A stretch of 35,780 bases of DNA from positions 1-35,780 of the forward strand of contig JAPLGF010000116.1 of the NCBI GenBank assembly GCA_026390275.1, given 5' to 3'. The notes under the pieces were generated by a model. It saw only the letters and a program-made list of their open reading frames with translations, was not told where the DNA came from and did no database searches. The DNA is from Candidatus Atribacteria bacterium. Lineage in GTDB: Bacteria > Atribacterota > Atribacteria > Atribacterales > Atribacteraceae. The position numbers and the translations under genes were made by a program. The stretch's first letter is position 1, and each line of letters begins with the position of its first letter. Positions 18,489-31,145 of the stretch are shown piece by piece.

Positions 18489-18555
18489 GATTCAAGAAAC
18501 GATTCGTGGGACATGATACAATGGGATATCATCGGGAGTAGCGAGGAGGTAAAAT

Positions 18556-19125
18556 ATGAAGAAAATCAGCATCAATACCAGTAATTTTGGGTATCCCATG
18601 CCGATTGTTCTCATCGGAACAGAGGTACAGGAAAAACCCAATTTCATGACTGCCGCCTGGATGACCCACGTCAACCTGGAACCATCGATGCTGGCGGTGT
18701 GCCTGAGCCGGGATCATTTCACCTCGGGCGGCATCCGGGAAAACAAGACGTTCAGTGTAAATTTTCCCTATACCAGTTTAGCGATCAAAACCGATTTCTG
18801 CGGAATGAATTCCGGTAAGGAAACCGATAAGTCCACCCTTTTCACGGTTTTTCATGGAAAATTGAAAAATGTTCCCTTGATTGAAGAATGCCCACTCTGC
18901 GTGGGATGCACCGTTAGCAATATCTATTCCGTTGCCGGCGATATGTTACTGATTGGTGAGGTGGTGGAAGCCTACTCGGAAGAGAAGTACCTGACCCAGG
19001 GATCGCCGGATGTAAAAAAAATGAACCTCCTCATCTTCACCATGCCTGATAACCGTTACTGGAGCCTGGGTGAGTATGTCGGCCAGGCCTGGGAAATGGG
19101 AAAAACACTCCCGAAAGAAGGCTGA
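18556..19125 (+). CDS. flavin reductase-like (flavoredoxin family) FMN-binding protein
   Basis: 189 aa. It shows the flavin_Reduct pattern (PMPIVLIGT...NFMTAAWMTHVNLEPSMLAVCL....T...I.....FSVN). GAGGAGG lies upstream. Confidence 0.8.
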   Translation: MKKISINTSNFGYPMPIVLIGTEVQEKPNFMTAAWMTHVNLEPSMLAVCLSRDHFTSGGIRENKTFSVNFPYTSLAIKTDFCGMNSGKETDKSTLFTVFHGKLKNVPLIEECPLCVGCTVSNIYSVAGDMLLIGEVVEAYSEEKYLTQGSPDVKKMNLLIFTMPDNRYWSLGEYVGQAWEMGKTLPKEG

Positions 19126-19130
19126 TACCA

Positions 19131-19706
19131 ATGAAAGTAATCGCTATCAATGGGAGTCCGCGGGCAGAGGGAAACACGGCACAACTGATACGGTATGTGC
19201 TCGAAGAAATTGAAAAAGCCGGGATCGAAACTGAAATGATCCAGCTGGCCGGAAAAACCATCCGGGGGTGTATCGCCTGTTACCGGTGTTTTGATCATCG
19301 GAACCAGCGTTGTTCCATCCAGAACGATGCCGCAAACCTCTGTATCCAAAAGATGATCGAAGCCGATGGAATCATCCTGGGTACCCCCACCTACTTTGCG
19401 GACATCACCGCTGAAATGAAAGGACTCATTGACCGGGCCGGAATGGTAGCTGGCGCCAATGACCAGATGTTCCAAAGAAAAGTAGGAGCCGCAGTCGTGG
19501 CAGTCCGGCGGGCCGGAGCGATCCATGCCCTGGATTCCATCAATCATTTCTTCCTGGCCCGGGAAATGATCATCCCCGGCTCAAGTTACTGGAACATCGG
19601 TTTCGGACGGGATATCGGTGAAGTCACCTCGGATGAAGAAGGTATCCAAACCATGAGAGTACTGGGCCAAAACCTGGCCTGGCTCCTGAAGAAAATTCAT
19701 GGATAG
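19131..19706 (+). CDS. iron-sulfur flavoprotein / NADPH-dependent FMN reductase family (Isf-like)
   Basis: 191 aa. It has MKVIAINGSPR..GNT and a compact Cys motif CIACYRCFDHRNQRC (Cx2Cx2Cx7C), as in Isf. It starts 5 nt after the previous stop. Confidence 0.8.
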   Translation: MKVIAINGSPRAEGNTAQLIRYVLEEIEKAGIETEMIQLAGKTIRGCIACYRCFDHRNQRCSIQNDAANLCIQKMIEADGIILGTPTYFADITAEMKGLIDRAGMVAGANDQMFQRKVGAAVVAVRRAGAIHALDSINHFFLAREMIIPGSSYWNIGFGRDIGEVTSDEEGIQTMRVLGQNLAWLLKKIHG

Positions 19707-19720
19707 AATTCATGGCTGAG

Positions 19721-20725
19721 TCATGGTTGCTGCTGCAGAGTCTCGATCAGGGCTAAAATATTCTCCACTGGAATGTCTTTCGGGAGAGCGTGCGAGGGTG
19801 AAGCAATATACCCTCCGTTCCTCCCGATTTCTTGGAGAATCCGCTTCACTCCTTTCCGTACCTCTTGCGGAGTTCCAAAAGGCAGCAGCCTTTGAATGCT
19901 GATCCCCCCCCAGAACGAGAGTTTTCCCTGGTACTGTCTCTTGATCTGGAAAATATCCATCACTTCCGGTTGAAAAGGATTAAATCCATCGAGACCGATT
20001 TCCACCAGGTCCGGTAAAATCTCCTGGATTTTCCCGCAACAGTGAAGAAAGTTCTTCTTATTCCGGGATTTGACAAAGGAAAAGAGTTGAGCCATCCGTG
20101 GCTTAATAAACTTTCTCCATAACTTTGGCCCCATCAGCACCCCCTGTTGCCATCCATAATCATCTCCAAATAGAACCCCGTCAAAATCCATCTCCAATCC
20201 CTTCTCCATCAGCTGCCGGCTAAAATCAGTGATGAGATCCAGTAAATCATCAACAAAGCCCGGATTCACCACCATATCGGAGAGGATATTTTCCATCCCC
20301 CGCAATGACCAAGCCCGCTCAAAAAGGGTACGGCTCATTCGCAGAAGATTAAAGGTCTCCCGGTTCCGGGAAAGAAACTCCCGCATCCCCAGGAATCGCC
20401 GGGGGTCCACCGGGTCCGGGACCTTCAGACTCTGGATGTGGGGTTCATTCATAATCGGGATGGGATTCCCGATATCCGGATCCAGGGTTCGATTCCACAC
20501 CACTTTCCAGTCATCCTCAAAGAACCCGGGTGATACCTCCCGGTACATGCTGGCAGGAACCGGCTTAATGGAACACAAATGATTCCCAATTTTTTTCTCA
20601 AAATCTGGATCCTTCAGATAATCCGCCATCTTCTCCCGTGCCGGAGTGGTAAACTCCACCTGATACGGGACCCCATCCATCGTCTGAAATTCAATCGCCC
20701 GCAACACCCGTTCTCGTGGTAACAT
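19721..20725 (-). CDS. URO-D family / MtaA-like protein, paralogue 2
   Basis: I prefer the start at MLPRERVLRAIEF (ATG 20725, AAGGGGG 7 nt upstream) over the TTG at 20767. The C-terminal half has FLHCCGKI...GLDGFNPFQP...FWGGISIQ...NGGYIASPSHA. Confidence 0.8.
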   Translation of the reverse strand: MLPRERVLRAIEFQTMDGVPYQVEFTTPAREKMADYLKDPDFEKKIGNHLCSIKPVPASMYREVSPGFFEDDWKVVWNRTLDPDIGNPIPIMNEPHIQSLKVPDPVDPRRFLGMREFLSRNRETFNLLRMSRTLFERAWSLRGMENILSDMVVNPGFVDDLLDLITDFSRQLMEKGLEMDFDGVLFGDDYGWQQGVLMGPKLWRKFIKPRMAQLFSFVKSRNKKNFLHCCGKIQEILPDLVEIGLDGFNPFQPEVMDIFQIKRQYQGKLSFWGGISIQRLLPFGTPQEVRKGVKRILQEIGRNGGYIASPSHALPKDIPVENILALIETLQQQP

Positions 20726-20854
20726 CGGAAACCCCCTTTTTTTCGCATCATCTTTCTTATATACCAAACAGTAGCCCCCTCAACTCCATAAGTTGAGATT
20801 AAAGGTCGGGCCTTTGCCCGGTTCCCCGGCCTTGCCTGGCGCCATCCCCTCAGT

Positions 20855-21947
20855 TCATCTTTCCTCGGTGAACCGGTATCCCTTTTCCCGGAACAGCATG
20901 ACACAGGCGTCCACGGCCGCCGGATCGTAGAGGACGTCCCGGTGGACGGTAATCTCCTCCAGGGCCACCGCGATGCCCCTGGCGGGCCGGTAGGGCCGGT
21001 AGGTGGCAATGGCCTCCACCACGTCAGCCACAGCAATGATGCGAGCTTCCAGGAGAATATCGTCTCCCTTCAGTCCCTGAGGATACCCGGAACCGTCCAG
21101 ACGCTCGTGGTGCTGATGGATTATCCGGGCGATGGGCCAGTTGAACTCGACCTCCTTCAGGATGTCATAGCCCTTTTGGGAATGGGTCTTGATCAGCCCA
21201 TACTCGATCTCCGAGAGCTTCCGCGGCATGTTGAGAATCTCCGAAGGAATGGAAATCTTCCCCAGGTCGTGGATCACCCCGGCGATGCGGATCCCTTCCA
21301 CCTGTTCCGGCGGCAATCCCATCTCTCCGGCGATGGCCCGGGCCAGGTCGCCCACCCGTTTCTGATGACCCGCCGTGTACGGGTCCCGGGTCTCCACCGC
21401 CATGACGATGACATTGATGACCGATCCCGTTACCCGGCGCAACCGCTCCAGCGTCTCCCGCAAGGCCTTATCCACCCGCTGGCGCTCCGCCAGTTCCTGT
21501 TCGAGTTCCCGGGTACGTTTTGCAACCAGCTCCGCCAGTTGTTCCTTCTCCAGTCGCTGCAGGCGGTTGGCCACCTTGATCTTGGCCATGGCCCGGATCT
21601 GGGCGGTCAACTCAATCTCGTCAAACGGCTTGGAAAGGAACCCCTCCGCCCCCACTTCCAGGGCCTTGACACGGCTTTCCCGGTCGGTACTGAGGGCGGT
21701 CAGGAAGACCACCGGAATCGCCTGCAGGCGCTCGCCGGCCTTCAATCTCCGGCATACTTCGAACCCATCCATGCCCGGCATCACGATATCAAGCAGGATC
21801 ACGTCCGGATCCTCCGCCCGGGCCAATTCGAGCCCCTTCGGTCCGTCCAGGGCGGTCAGGAGCCTGGTCCCGGGCAGTCTGTCCAACACAACAGCTTTCA
21901 ACACGGTCAGGTTGTCCCGGTTGTCGTCGATGGCCAATATCTTCAAG

Positions 21948-21961
<14 letters not shown>
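20855..21961 (-). CDS. response regulator with an HD-GYP output domain
   Basis: The REC domain is ILAIDDNRDNL...DVILLDIVMPGMDGFEV...K. A coiled linker follows, then the HD-GYP domain (VIHDLGKI...HHERLDGSGYPQGL). I prefer the start at METNDLK. That ATG overlaps the kinase stop by 14 nt. Confidence 0.85.
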
Positions 21962-24899
<2,938 letters not shown>

Positions 24900-24902
24900 G
24901 GG

Positions 24903-25793
24903 TTACCTCCTTGGTTCAATCTTTTGAAAAACGGCTGGCGGTGGGGCCACTGCCCGCAGGCCGCCGGATTCCTTCACGATACCCCCTTCGGTCTCACCGG
25001 TCACAAAATAGCCGCCCGGCGCCAGGCAACCCTGCACCTTCTCCAGGATGGCGCTCCGGATCTCCGGCCGGTAATAGAACAGCAGGTTGCAACAGAGGAC
25101 CAGGTCGAAATCCCCATAGACGCTCACCGGTGGACAGACGGAATAGCCGTCCAGCAGGTCGTAGGCGGAGAAATCCACCCGGTCCCGGAGGCGGGGGACA
25201 AGGGTATACCTTTCTTCCTTTCGGGTAAAATAGGTGTGCAGATGCCTCCACCGCACATTCTGGAGACCCACCGCGTCGTACACGCCCGTCCGGGCCACCG
25301 TCAGCTCCGCCGGGGACAGATCGGTAGCGAAGATGCGGTAGGGGAGCGGTTTGCCCCGCGCGGCCGCCATCTCCTCCAGCAGGATGGCCACGGACCAGGC
25401 CTCCTGACCGGCGGCGCACCCTGCCGACCATACCCGGATCTCCCCCCGGCCGGTTTTCTCTTTTTTTTCAGCGAGACCGGGCAACACCACCTGTTCGAGG
25501 AGGGCGAAGGTGAGGGGATCCCGGAAAAACTCGCTGTAACCGATGCTCAGGGAACGGAACAACGCCTCCGCTTCCTCGCGGTCTTGCGCCAGATGCTCGA
25601 GATAGGCCACGGGGGTGTCCATCGAGGTGGCCGCGAGTCTCTTGTCGATGGATTTGGTCAGGAAGGATTCGTCGTAACGGGAGACATCCCGGCCATGGAC
25701 CTGGCGCATCACTTCCACGATCTCGTCCAGGGTCGCTTTCCTCCAGCGGGGAAAGGTATTCTTCTCCGGTTTCATGTCCGACTCATTGATCAT
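24903..25793 (-). CDS. cheR: CheR-type protein-glutamate O-methyltransferase
   Basis: 296 aa. It has FFRDP, IRVWSAGCAAGQEAWSVAILLEE, FDLVLCCNLLFYY and a CheR-like N-terminal helical domain. GGAGGAG lies upstream. It stops 3 nt before the kinase ATG. Confidence 0.85.
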   Translation of the reverse strand: MINESDMKPEKNTFPRWRKATLDEIVEVMRQVHGRDVSRYDESFLTKSIDKRLAATSMDTPVAYLEHLAQDREEAEALFRSLSIGYSEFFRDPLTFALLEQVVLPGLAEKKEKTGRGEIRVWSAGCAAGQEAWSVAILLEEMAAARGKPLPYRIFATDLSPAELTVARTGVYDAVGLQNVRWRHLHTYFTRKEERYTLVPRLRDRVDFSAYDLLDGYSVCPPVSVYGDFDLVLCCNLLFYYRPEIRSAILEKVQGCLAPGGYFVTGETEGGIVKESGGLRAVAPPPAVFQKIEPRR

Positions 25794-26013
25794 GTTACCG
25801 GTCTCCTCCGGCTAACAACCAGGGGGTCAACTTCCACTCCGATGCTGTTGCGACCCGTTCGTCGTGATTATTCATAAGGACATAACCCTATCAGATTTCT
25901 CTGTTTTATTCCTAAGGCCAACATTCCTTTTTGCATTGTATCACTGTGGTACTAAATAGGGGTAAAGCCATCCCGTTGTCAAGGAATTATGAGATACCCT
26001 TTTTATTTCTTAT

Positions 26014-26964
26014 TCACTTCTCCGGTTTCAAAGACTTCGTAACTAGAGATGTGGTCCGCTTTGTCCAACCACTTCCCTCCCCCCAAAGCATAGATCCGGT
26101 TATTCCACTGCGCTGCTCCCAATCCTTGTTCTCCAGTACCACGGCTTGAAAATTCGCCCGGGCGACAGGTAAGGTTGCTCCCTGAGACCAGGAATTGGTA
26201 CGGGTATTTAAAATATACAGAGTATCCTGCACCTTTCCACTTTGATCTTCTCCCCCGAACAGATAGATCGTGTCGTTTAATGAAGCAAGGGCAAAATTAT
26301 ACAGAGAATCTTTCATGGCGGGTCCTTGAGCCCAGGTATTCGTCGATGGATCGTACGTTTCCACTTCGTTTGTTAGGTGAAAAACATAGTATTTCTGTTG
26401 CTGGGAATGAGGGTTAAACAAATCATACGTTCCCTCCTCGTTGATGGCCGGGGAAGTGGGATTCATTTTCTTAGTGGAAGGAGGGTTCACTCCTCCCAAA
26501 ATATAGATTTTTCCATTTGCCACTGCCCCCTTGATCCATCCTCGCTGGGAAGGCATGGGGTTTCCCTTCGACCAGGTATTGGTTTCCGGGTCATAAATTT
26601 CCACAGTTTTCAGGTAAATCTCTCCCCCTTCCCGGATTCCACCAACGACGTATATTTTTCCCTGATAGGCGAGACCCACGAAACTGGATTTCTTCTCCTT
26701 CATAGGTGAAGCCGAACTCCATGATCCGGTCTGGGGATCAAAAACATCGACTGAATTGGTGGAATATCCCCATTTTCCGGTCGTTCCACCAAGAAGATAG
26801 ATTCTACCGTTATCCTCCACAGCTGGAAAATTGATGCGACCACTTTGTGATATGTTTCCCTTGATGACCCAACGTCCATCGGTCATGGCAAGAGAAGGAA
26901 AACTCACCAAAAGAGCCCCGAACGTGAGAATTATCATCCAGACAAATCTCTTCATGCCCATCAA
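26014..26964 (-). CDS. secreted Kelch-repeat beta-propeller protein (last blade out of frame, see findings)
   Basis: Signal peptide, then repeated ..G[KR]IY..GG......v..YDP.TN.W motifs: GRIYLLGG, GKIYVVGG, GKIYILGG, DTIYLFGG. Confidence 0.75.
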   Translation of the reverse strand: MMGMKRFVWMIILTFGALLVSFPSLAMTDGRWVIKGNISQSGRINFPAVEDNGRIYLLGGTTGKWGYSTNSVDVFDPQTGSWSSASPMKEKKSSFVGLAYQGKIYVVGGIREGGEIYLKTVEIYDPETNTWSKGNPMPSQRGWIKGAVANGKIYILGGVNPPSTKKMNPTSPAINEEGTYDLFNPHSQQQKYYVFHLTNEVETYDPSTNTWAQGPAMKDSLYNFALASLNDTIYLFGGEDQSGKVQDTLYILNTRTNSWSQGATLPVARANFQAVVLENKDWEQRSGITGSMLWGEGSGWTKRTTSLVTKSLKPEK

Positions 26965-27100
26965 CCTCCTGTTATATAAAAATCAAAACAATGCCGGATA
27001 CAATTTATTTCAATATTATATATCCAAAATAACCAGTTATGGTTTAATATCAATGAACCCTCTTTTGCAGAAGGTGTATTTTATTCAGGAGGATTCTACC

Positions 27101-28093
27101 ATGATCTATTATCCAAACCCTTCGACAGATCCCCATTATAACCTGGCGTTGGAAGAATACCTGATGGACATTCTGCCGGAGGATAGCAAATGCCTCCTCC
27201 TCTGGCAGAATCGACCTTCCATTATTATTGGGAAACATCAAAACACCATTGAAGAAATCAATGCCGATTTTGTCCGGGAAAATAATATCAATGTGGTGAG
27301 AAGGATGTCCGGTGGCGGAGCGGTGTACCATGACTTAGGAAACCTGAATTTTACTTTTATCGTGGGTGAAAGGATCCCCTCCCAACTCTTTGACTTCCGT
27401 TCCTTCACCGTACCGGTGGTGAGTTGCCTGCGGGGACTGGGAGTACAAGCCGAGTTCAACAATCGGAACGATCTGACCATCGACGAGAAGAAGTTTTCCG
27501 GGAATGCCCAGTTTATTCGTAAAAGGAAATGCCTGCATCACGGGACCCTTCTCTTTAACATCAACCTCGATCATTTGGAACAGGCATTGCGGGTCTCTCA
27601 GGACAAGATCGAATCCAAGGGAATCAAATCAGTGAGGAGCCGGGTTACCAATATTCTTCCGCTCCTCTCTGTTCCCATTACCCTAGAGGAGTTCAAGCAT
27701 GCCATCCTCGATGAGCTGGAAAGGTCAGGAGACCGGATAGAAATAAAACATCTCACCCCGGAAGAGGAGAAAAAAATCCAGGAATTGGTGAGAACCAAAT
27801 ATGGGACCTGGGAATGGAATTACGGGGAATCCCCCCGGTATACCCTGAAGAAGTCCCGGCGGTTTGATTTTGGAAAAGTGGAAGTCCTTCTGGATGTCAA
27901 TCAGGGAATCATCCAGACCTGTAAACTATATGGAGATTTTTTTGGAAAGGAAGAAATCAGCATCCTGGAGGAAAAACTGGCCGGGTGCCGGTACGAAAAA
28001 GCTTCCATTGAACAGGCTCTGGCGGGAGTAAATGTGAGCGAATACGGTAACGGTCTCACTCTCCCGCTCCTCTTTTCCCTCCTGACACAATAA
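27101..28093 (+). CDS. lplA: lipoate-protein ligase A
   Basis: LplA motifs are present: NLALEEYL, IIIGKHQN, VVRRMSGGGAVYHDLGNLNFTFI, KFSGNAQ. I prefer the start at MIYYPNPS (ATG 27101) with AGGAGGA 7 nt upstream, giving 330 aa. The ORF track adds a 90-codon 5' extension that overlaps the divergent Kelch gene start. Confidence 0.88.
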   Translation: MIYYPNPSTDPHYNLALEEYLMDILPEDSKCLLLWQNRPSIIIGKHQNTIEEINADFVRENNINVVRRMSGGGAVYHDLGNLNFTFIVGERIPSQLFDFRSFTVPVVSCLRGLGVQAEFNNRNDLTIDEKKFSGNAQFIRKRKCLHHGTLLFNINLDHLEQALRVSQDKIESKGIKSVRSRVTNILPLLSVPITLEEFKHAILDELERSGDRIEIKHLTPEEEKKIQELVRTKYGTWEWNYGESPRYTLKKSRRFDFGKVEVLLDVNQGIIQTCKLYGDFFGKEEISILEEKLAGCRYEKASIEQALAGVNVSEYGNGLTLPLLFSLLTQ

Positions 28094-28165
28094 TAAAAAA
28101 AGTATTCAATTCCCTCTCCCCCATTTTGTTGAGGGAAAAGGTAGGGTGAGGGGGGAATACCAGAA

Positions 28166-29347
28166 TTAAAATTCGATGGGATATTTCCCGTATTCCAGGG
28201 CGGCTTCAAACATAGCCACGATGTTCTCCACCGGGGTATCCGGCTCGATATTATGAGAGGTGGCAAAAATGAATCCTCCGCCGGGGGCGTAGGCTTTGAT
28301 AAGTTCCTTCACTCCTCTCCGCACGTCTTCCACCGATCCCCGGGGCAACAATTCCTGGATATCCAGACCACCCATGAAAGTGAGATCCATTCCGAATTCT
28401 TTCTTTAAACGCCATGGTTCCATATTCCTCGCCCGGGGTTGAATCGGATTCAGGATATCCACCCCCATTTCGATGAAATCGGGAATGAACTCGTAGACCG
28501 AACCGCAGCTATGACGGTAGATCCGGGCATCAGTGTATTTTTTAATGTGATTGATCATCTTCTCTTCATAAGGCCTTATGAATCGTTCATAATCCCGATG
28601 GGACAGAATGGGAGCTTCCTGGGTTCCTAAGTCGTCATAAGTGCTGACGATGTCTACCTCCTCTCCGATTGCTCCGATGAAATACTCCACCACCTTCCGG
28701 CCGATCTCAAAAAGTTTGTCGGACAGGGCAAAATAAAAATGGGGATCGAGTTTCATATCCATGAGCCATTTCTCGTATCCGGTCAGCAGGGAATAGAGTA
28801 ACGCCGGATAGGCCAGATAGACATCTTCCAGGATGATGCACCCGGTGGTTTCTTTCATCCGTTTTGCTTCTTCTCTTTTCCCTTCCGCGATTTTCTTAAT
28901 CTCGTCATCACTCGGCCAGTAAGGGTAATTTCGGATATCTTCTATCCTGGTACAATTCTGAAGAGGAAATTCAAAAATGTCATCATAATACCCTATTTTT
29001 TTGACCCGTAATCCGCAGGAGATACCCAGGATGGTTTTAGACCCCTCCCGGTCAGAAAGGATTTTTCCTCCCTGGGGGAGAAGGAGTCGAAAATCTGAAC
29101 CAAACCGCTGCATGACCCGTTCATCAAGGTTGTAGACTTGATTAGCCAGGGCACCGGTCACTGGTTCGGGATAATCGGTGATCCCCAGATATTCGTAAAG
29201 TCGGGTACAGTTCTTCCCATCGGGAGGACACTCTAAAATGGTGGTTTGGGCACAACCACCAAAGTTGATGGGAACGCGATCCGGTTCTTTATGAGCAAGG
29301 GCAGCAAAAACTCTCTCTCGAGGTGTCCATTGACGACTTACAGACAT
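28166..29347 (-). CDS. URO-D family / MtaA-like protein, paralogue 3 (last gene of the ABC operon)
   Basis: 393 aa. It has TPRERVFAALAHKEPDRVPINFGG and YRHSCGSV...GVDILNPIQP...FMGGLDIQ...PGGGFIFATSHN. AGGAGG lies 8 nt upstream. The gap to the upstream permease stop is 27 nt. Confidence 0.8.
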   Translation of the reverse strand: MSVSRQWTPRERVFAALAHKEPDRVPINFGGCAQTTILECPPDGKNCTRLYEYLGITDYPEPVTGALANQVYNLDERVMQRFGSDFRLLLPQGGKILSDREGSKTILGISCGLRVKKIGYYDDIFEFPLQNCTRIEDIRNYPYWPSDDEIKKIAEGKREEAKRMKETTGCIILEDVYLAYPALLYSLLTGYEKWLMDMKLDPHFYFALSDKLFEIGRKVVEYFIGAIGEEVDIVSTYDDLGTQEAPILSHRDYERFIRPYEEKMINHIKKYTDARIYRHSCGSVYEFIPDFIEMGVDILNPIQPRARNMEPWRLKKEFGMDLTFMGGLDIQELLPRGSVEDVRRGVKELIKAYAPGGGFIFATSHNIEPDTPVENIVAMFEAALEYGKYPIEF

Positions 29348-29374
29348 GGGAAAACCTCCTGACTAATGAAACTG

Positions 29375-30176
29375 TTATTTAATTCCACCAAATGTCAATC
29401 CACGAACCAGATTCCGCTGGATGAACAAACTGGCAATCAGGATAGGAGCGATGATAAAGATACCCCCAGCAGCCAGGAGTCCCCACTTCACTCCTTCGAA
29501 CGTAATAAATCCGGTGACTCCCACCGGGAGAGTCTTCGCCCCTTCTCCGCTCAGTATCAAGGCAAAAAGAAATTCATTCCAGCTAAAAATGAGGGAAAAA
29601 ACAGCCGTGGCAGCCAAGCCCGGTCTGACAATGGGAAGGATGATCCGTAAAAAAGCCTGGAACCGGGTACAGCCATCCACCAAGCCCGCCTCTTCGTATT
29701 CTAAGGGGACTTCTTCGAAAAACCCCTTCATCATCCAGACGGCAAAGGGGAGGGTAATGGTAAAATCGATGAGAATCAGGGCCGTCCGGGTATCCAACAA
29801 CCCTAAATTCCGGAAAAGAAGGTAGTAGGGTAGGATGACGGCAATCGGGGGAAGCATTCGCAAACCCAGAATCCAGAAGGCAATATTATTTTTCTTTCGA
29901 ATCCGGTACCGGGTCAGGACGTAAGAAAGCAATGCTCCCACAAAATCACACAGGAAAGTGGTAAATCCGGCCACCACCAGGACGTTCCACAAACAGGGTG
30001 GTGTAATTCTCCAGGGTGGGATGAAAAATCACTTTTGGTGGCATGGCATAAACATCCACCGGCCTCTTGACCGAGGTGGCCAAAAGCCAGATTACCGGTA
30101 CCAGAGTCACCACCAGAATAATGATGACAGCAATATGAGTGATAATGTCTTTTATTCGTTCATTTTTTCTTTTCAT
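29375..30176 (-). pseudogene. carbohydrate (CUT1) ABC transporter permease, MalG-like, split by a frameshift
   Basis: The N-terminal 76-aa ORF (29946-30176, ...HPTLENYTTLFV) and the 205-aa ORF (29375-29992, WNVLVVAGFTT...EAGLVDGCTRFQAF...) overlap in different frames. Together they give a normal permease of about 270 aa. Confidence 0.7.
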
Positions 30177-31105
30177 CAGGGTTGCTCCTGGTACTGTCCC
30201 CGTAACAGTTTGATGAAGAGCATGCTGATCAGAGTAATAATGATGAGGAGGATGTACGAACCAGCAGCTGCTCGTCCGGTATAGAAGAGTTTAAACCCAA
30301 TGACATAAAGATAATAACTGATGGTTTCCGTCACAGTACCCGGGCCTCCTTCGGTAAGCACATAAATCAAATCGTACATTTTAATCGCATCCATCGTCCG
30401 AATGAGTAACACCATCAGGATGGAAGGACTCAGGAGGGGAAGGGTGATTCGACGGAATTGCTGCCAGGGGGTACACCCATCAACTAAAGAGGCCTCATAT
30501 GGTTCGATGGGGAGAGATTGCAGCCCGGCTAAAAGAATCAGCGCTACCAGGGGAGTCCATTGCCAGACATCTACCAGAACCACGGATTTGAGAGCTACGG
30601 ACTGATTGGAAAGCCATAAGACCTGGGGGAGATGAAAAATGCGAAAGACATAGTTGATAATACCCAGATCATAATTGAAAAGGAATCTCCAAATCAGGCC
30701 AATCACCACCGGAGTGGTCATGAAAGGGATGAGGATCAATGTCCGGGTGATCCGGTTCCCAGCCATCTCCCGGTTCAGCAGAAGGGCCAGACCCAGACCC
30801 AGGAGAAATTCAATCACCACGGTAGAAACAGTGATATAAACCGTATGCCACACCGAACCCCAGAAACGTCCATCCTGTAAGAGAGAAAAATAATTTCCCA
30901 GTCCGATGAAGGTGGAGCCTAAATAAGGTTTGAGGAGATTCGTATCCATCACACTGTTATATAAAGAATATGCCATGGGGAAGGTCGTTAGAAGAAGAAT
31001 AAAGGTAATGGTGGGAATCAGAATCCATTGGGGAGTGTTATCCCGTCTCGTCTTAGTCAAAATTCCATCTCCTTCGAAGAAAACCCTCCTTCTTCTCCGA
31101 TTCAA
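30176..31105 (-). CDS. carbohydrate (CUT1) ABC transporter permease, MalF-like
   Basis: 309 aa with six hydrophobic segments. The EAA loop is EASLVDGCTPWQQFRRITLPLL. Its stop overlaps the next ATG (TGATG). Confidence 0.85.
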   Translation of the reverse strand: MNRRRRRVFFEGDGILTKTRRDNTPQWILIPTITFILLLTTFPMAYSLYNSVMDTNLLKPYLGSTFIGLGNYFSLLQDGRFWGSVWHTVYITVSTVVIEFLLGLGLALLLNREMAGNRITRTLILIPFMTTPVVIGLIWRFLFNYDLGIINYVFRIFHLPQVLWLSNQSVALKSVVLVDVWQWTPLVALILLAGLQSLPIEPYEASLVDGCTPWQQFRRITLPLLSPSILMVLLIRTMDAIKMYDLIYVLTEGGPGTVTETISYYLYVIGFKLFYTGRAAAGSYILLIIITLISMLFIKLLRGQYQEQP

Positions 31106-31145
31106 AAGGAGGAGGAGGAGGGTTGGTTAGGAACGACTGAAAGGA

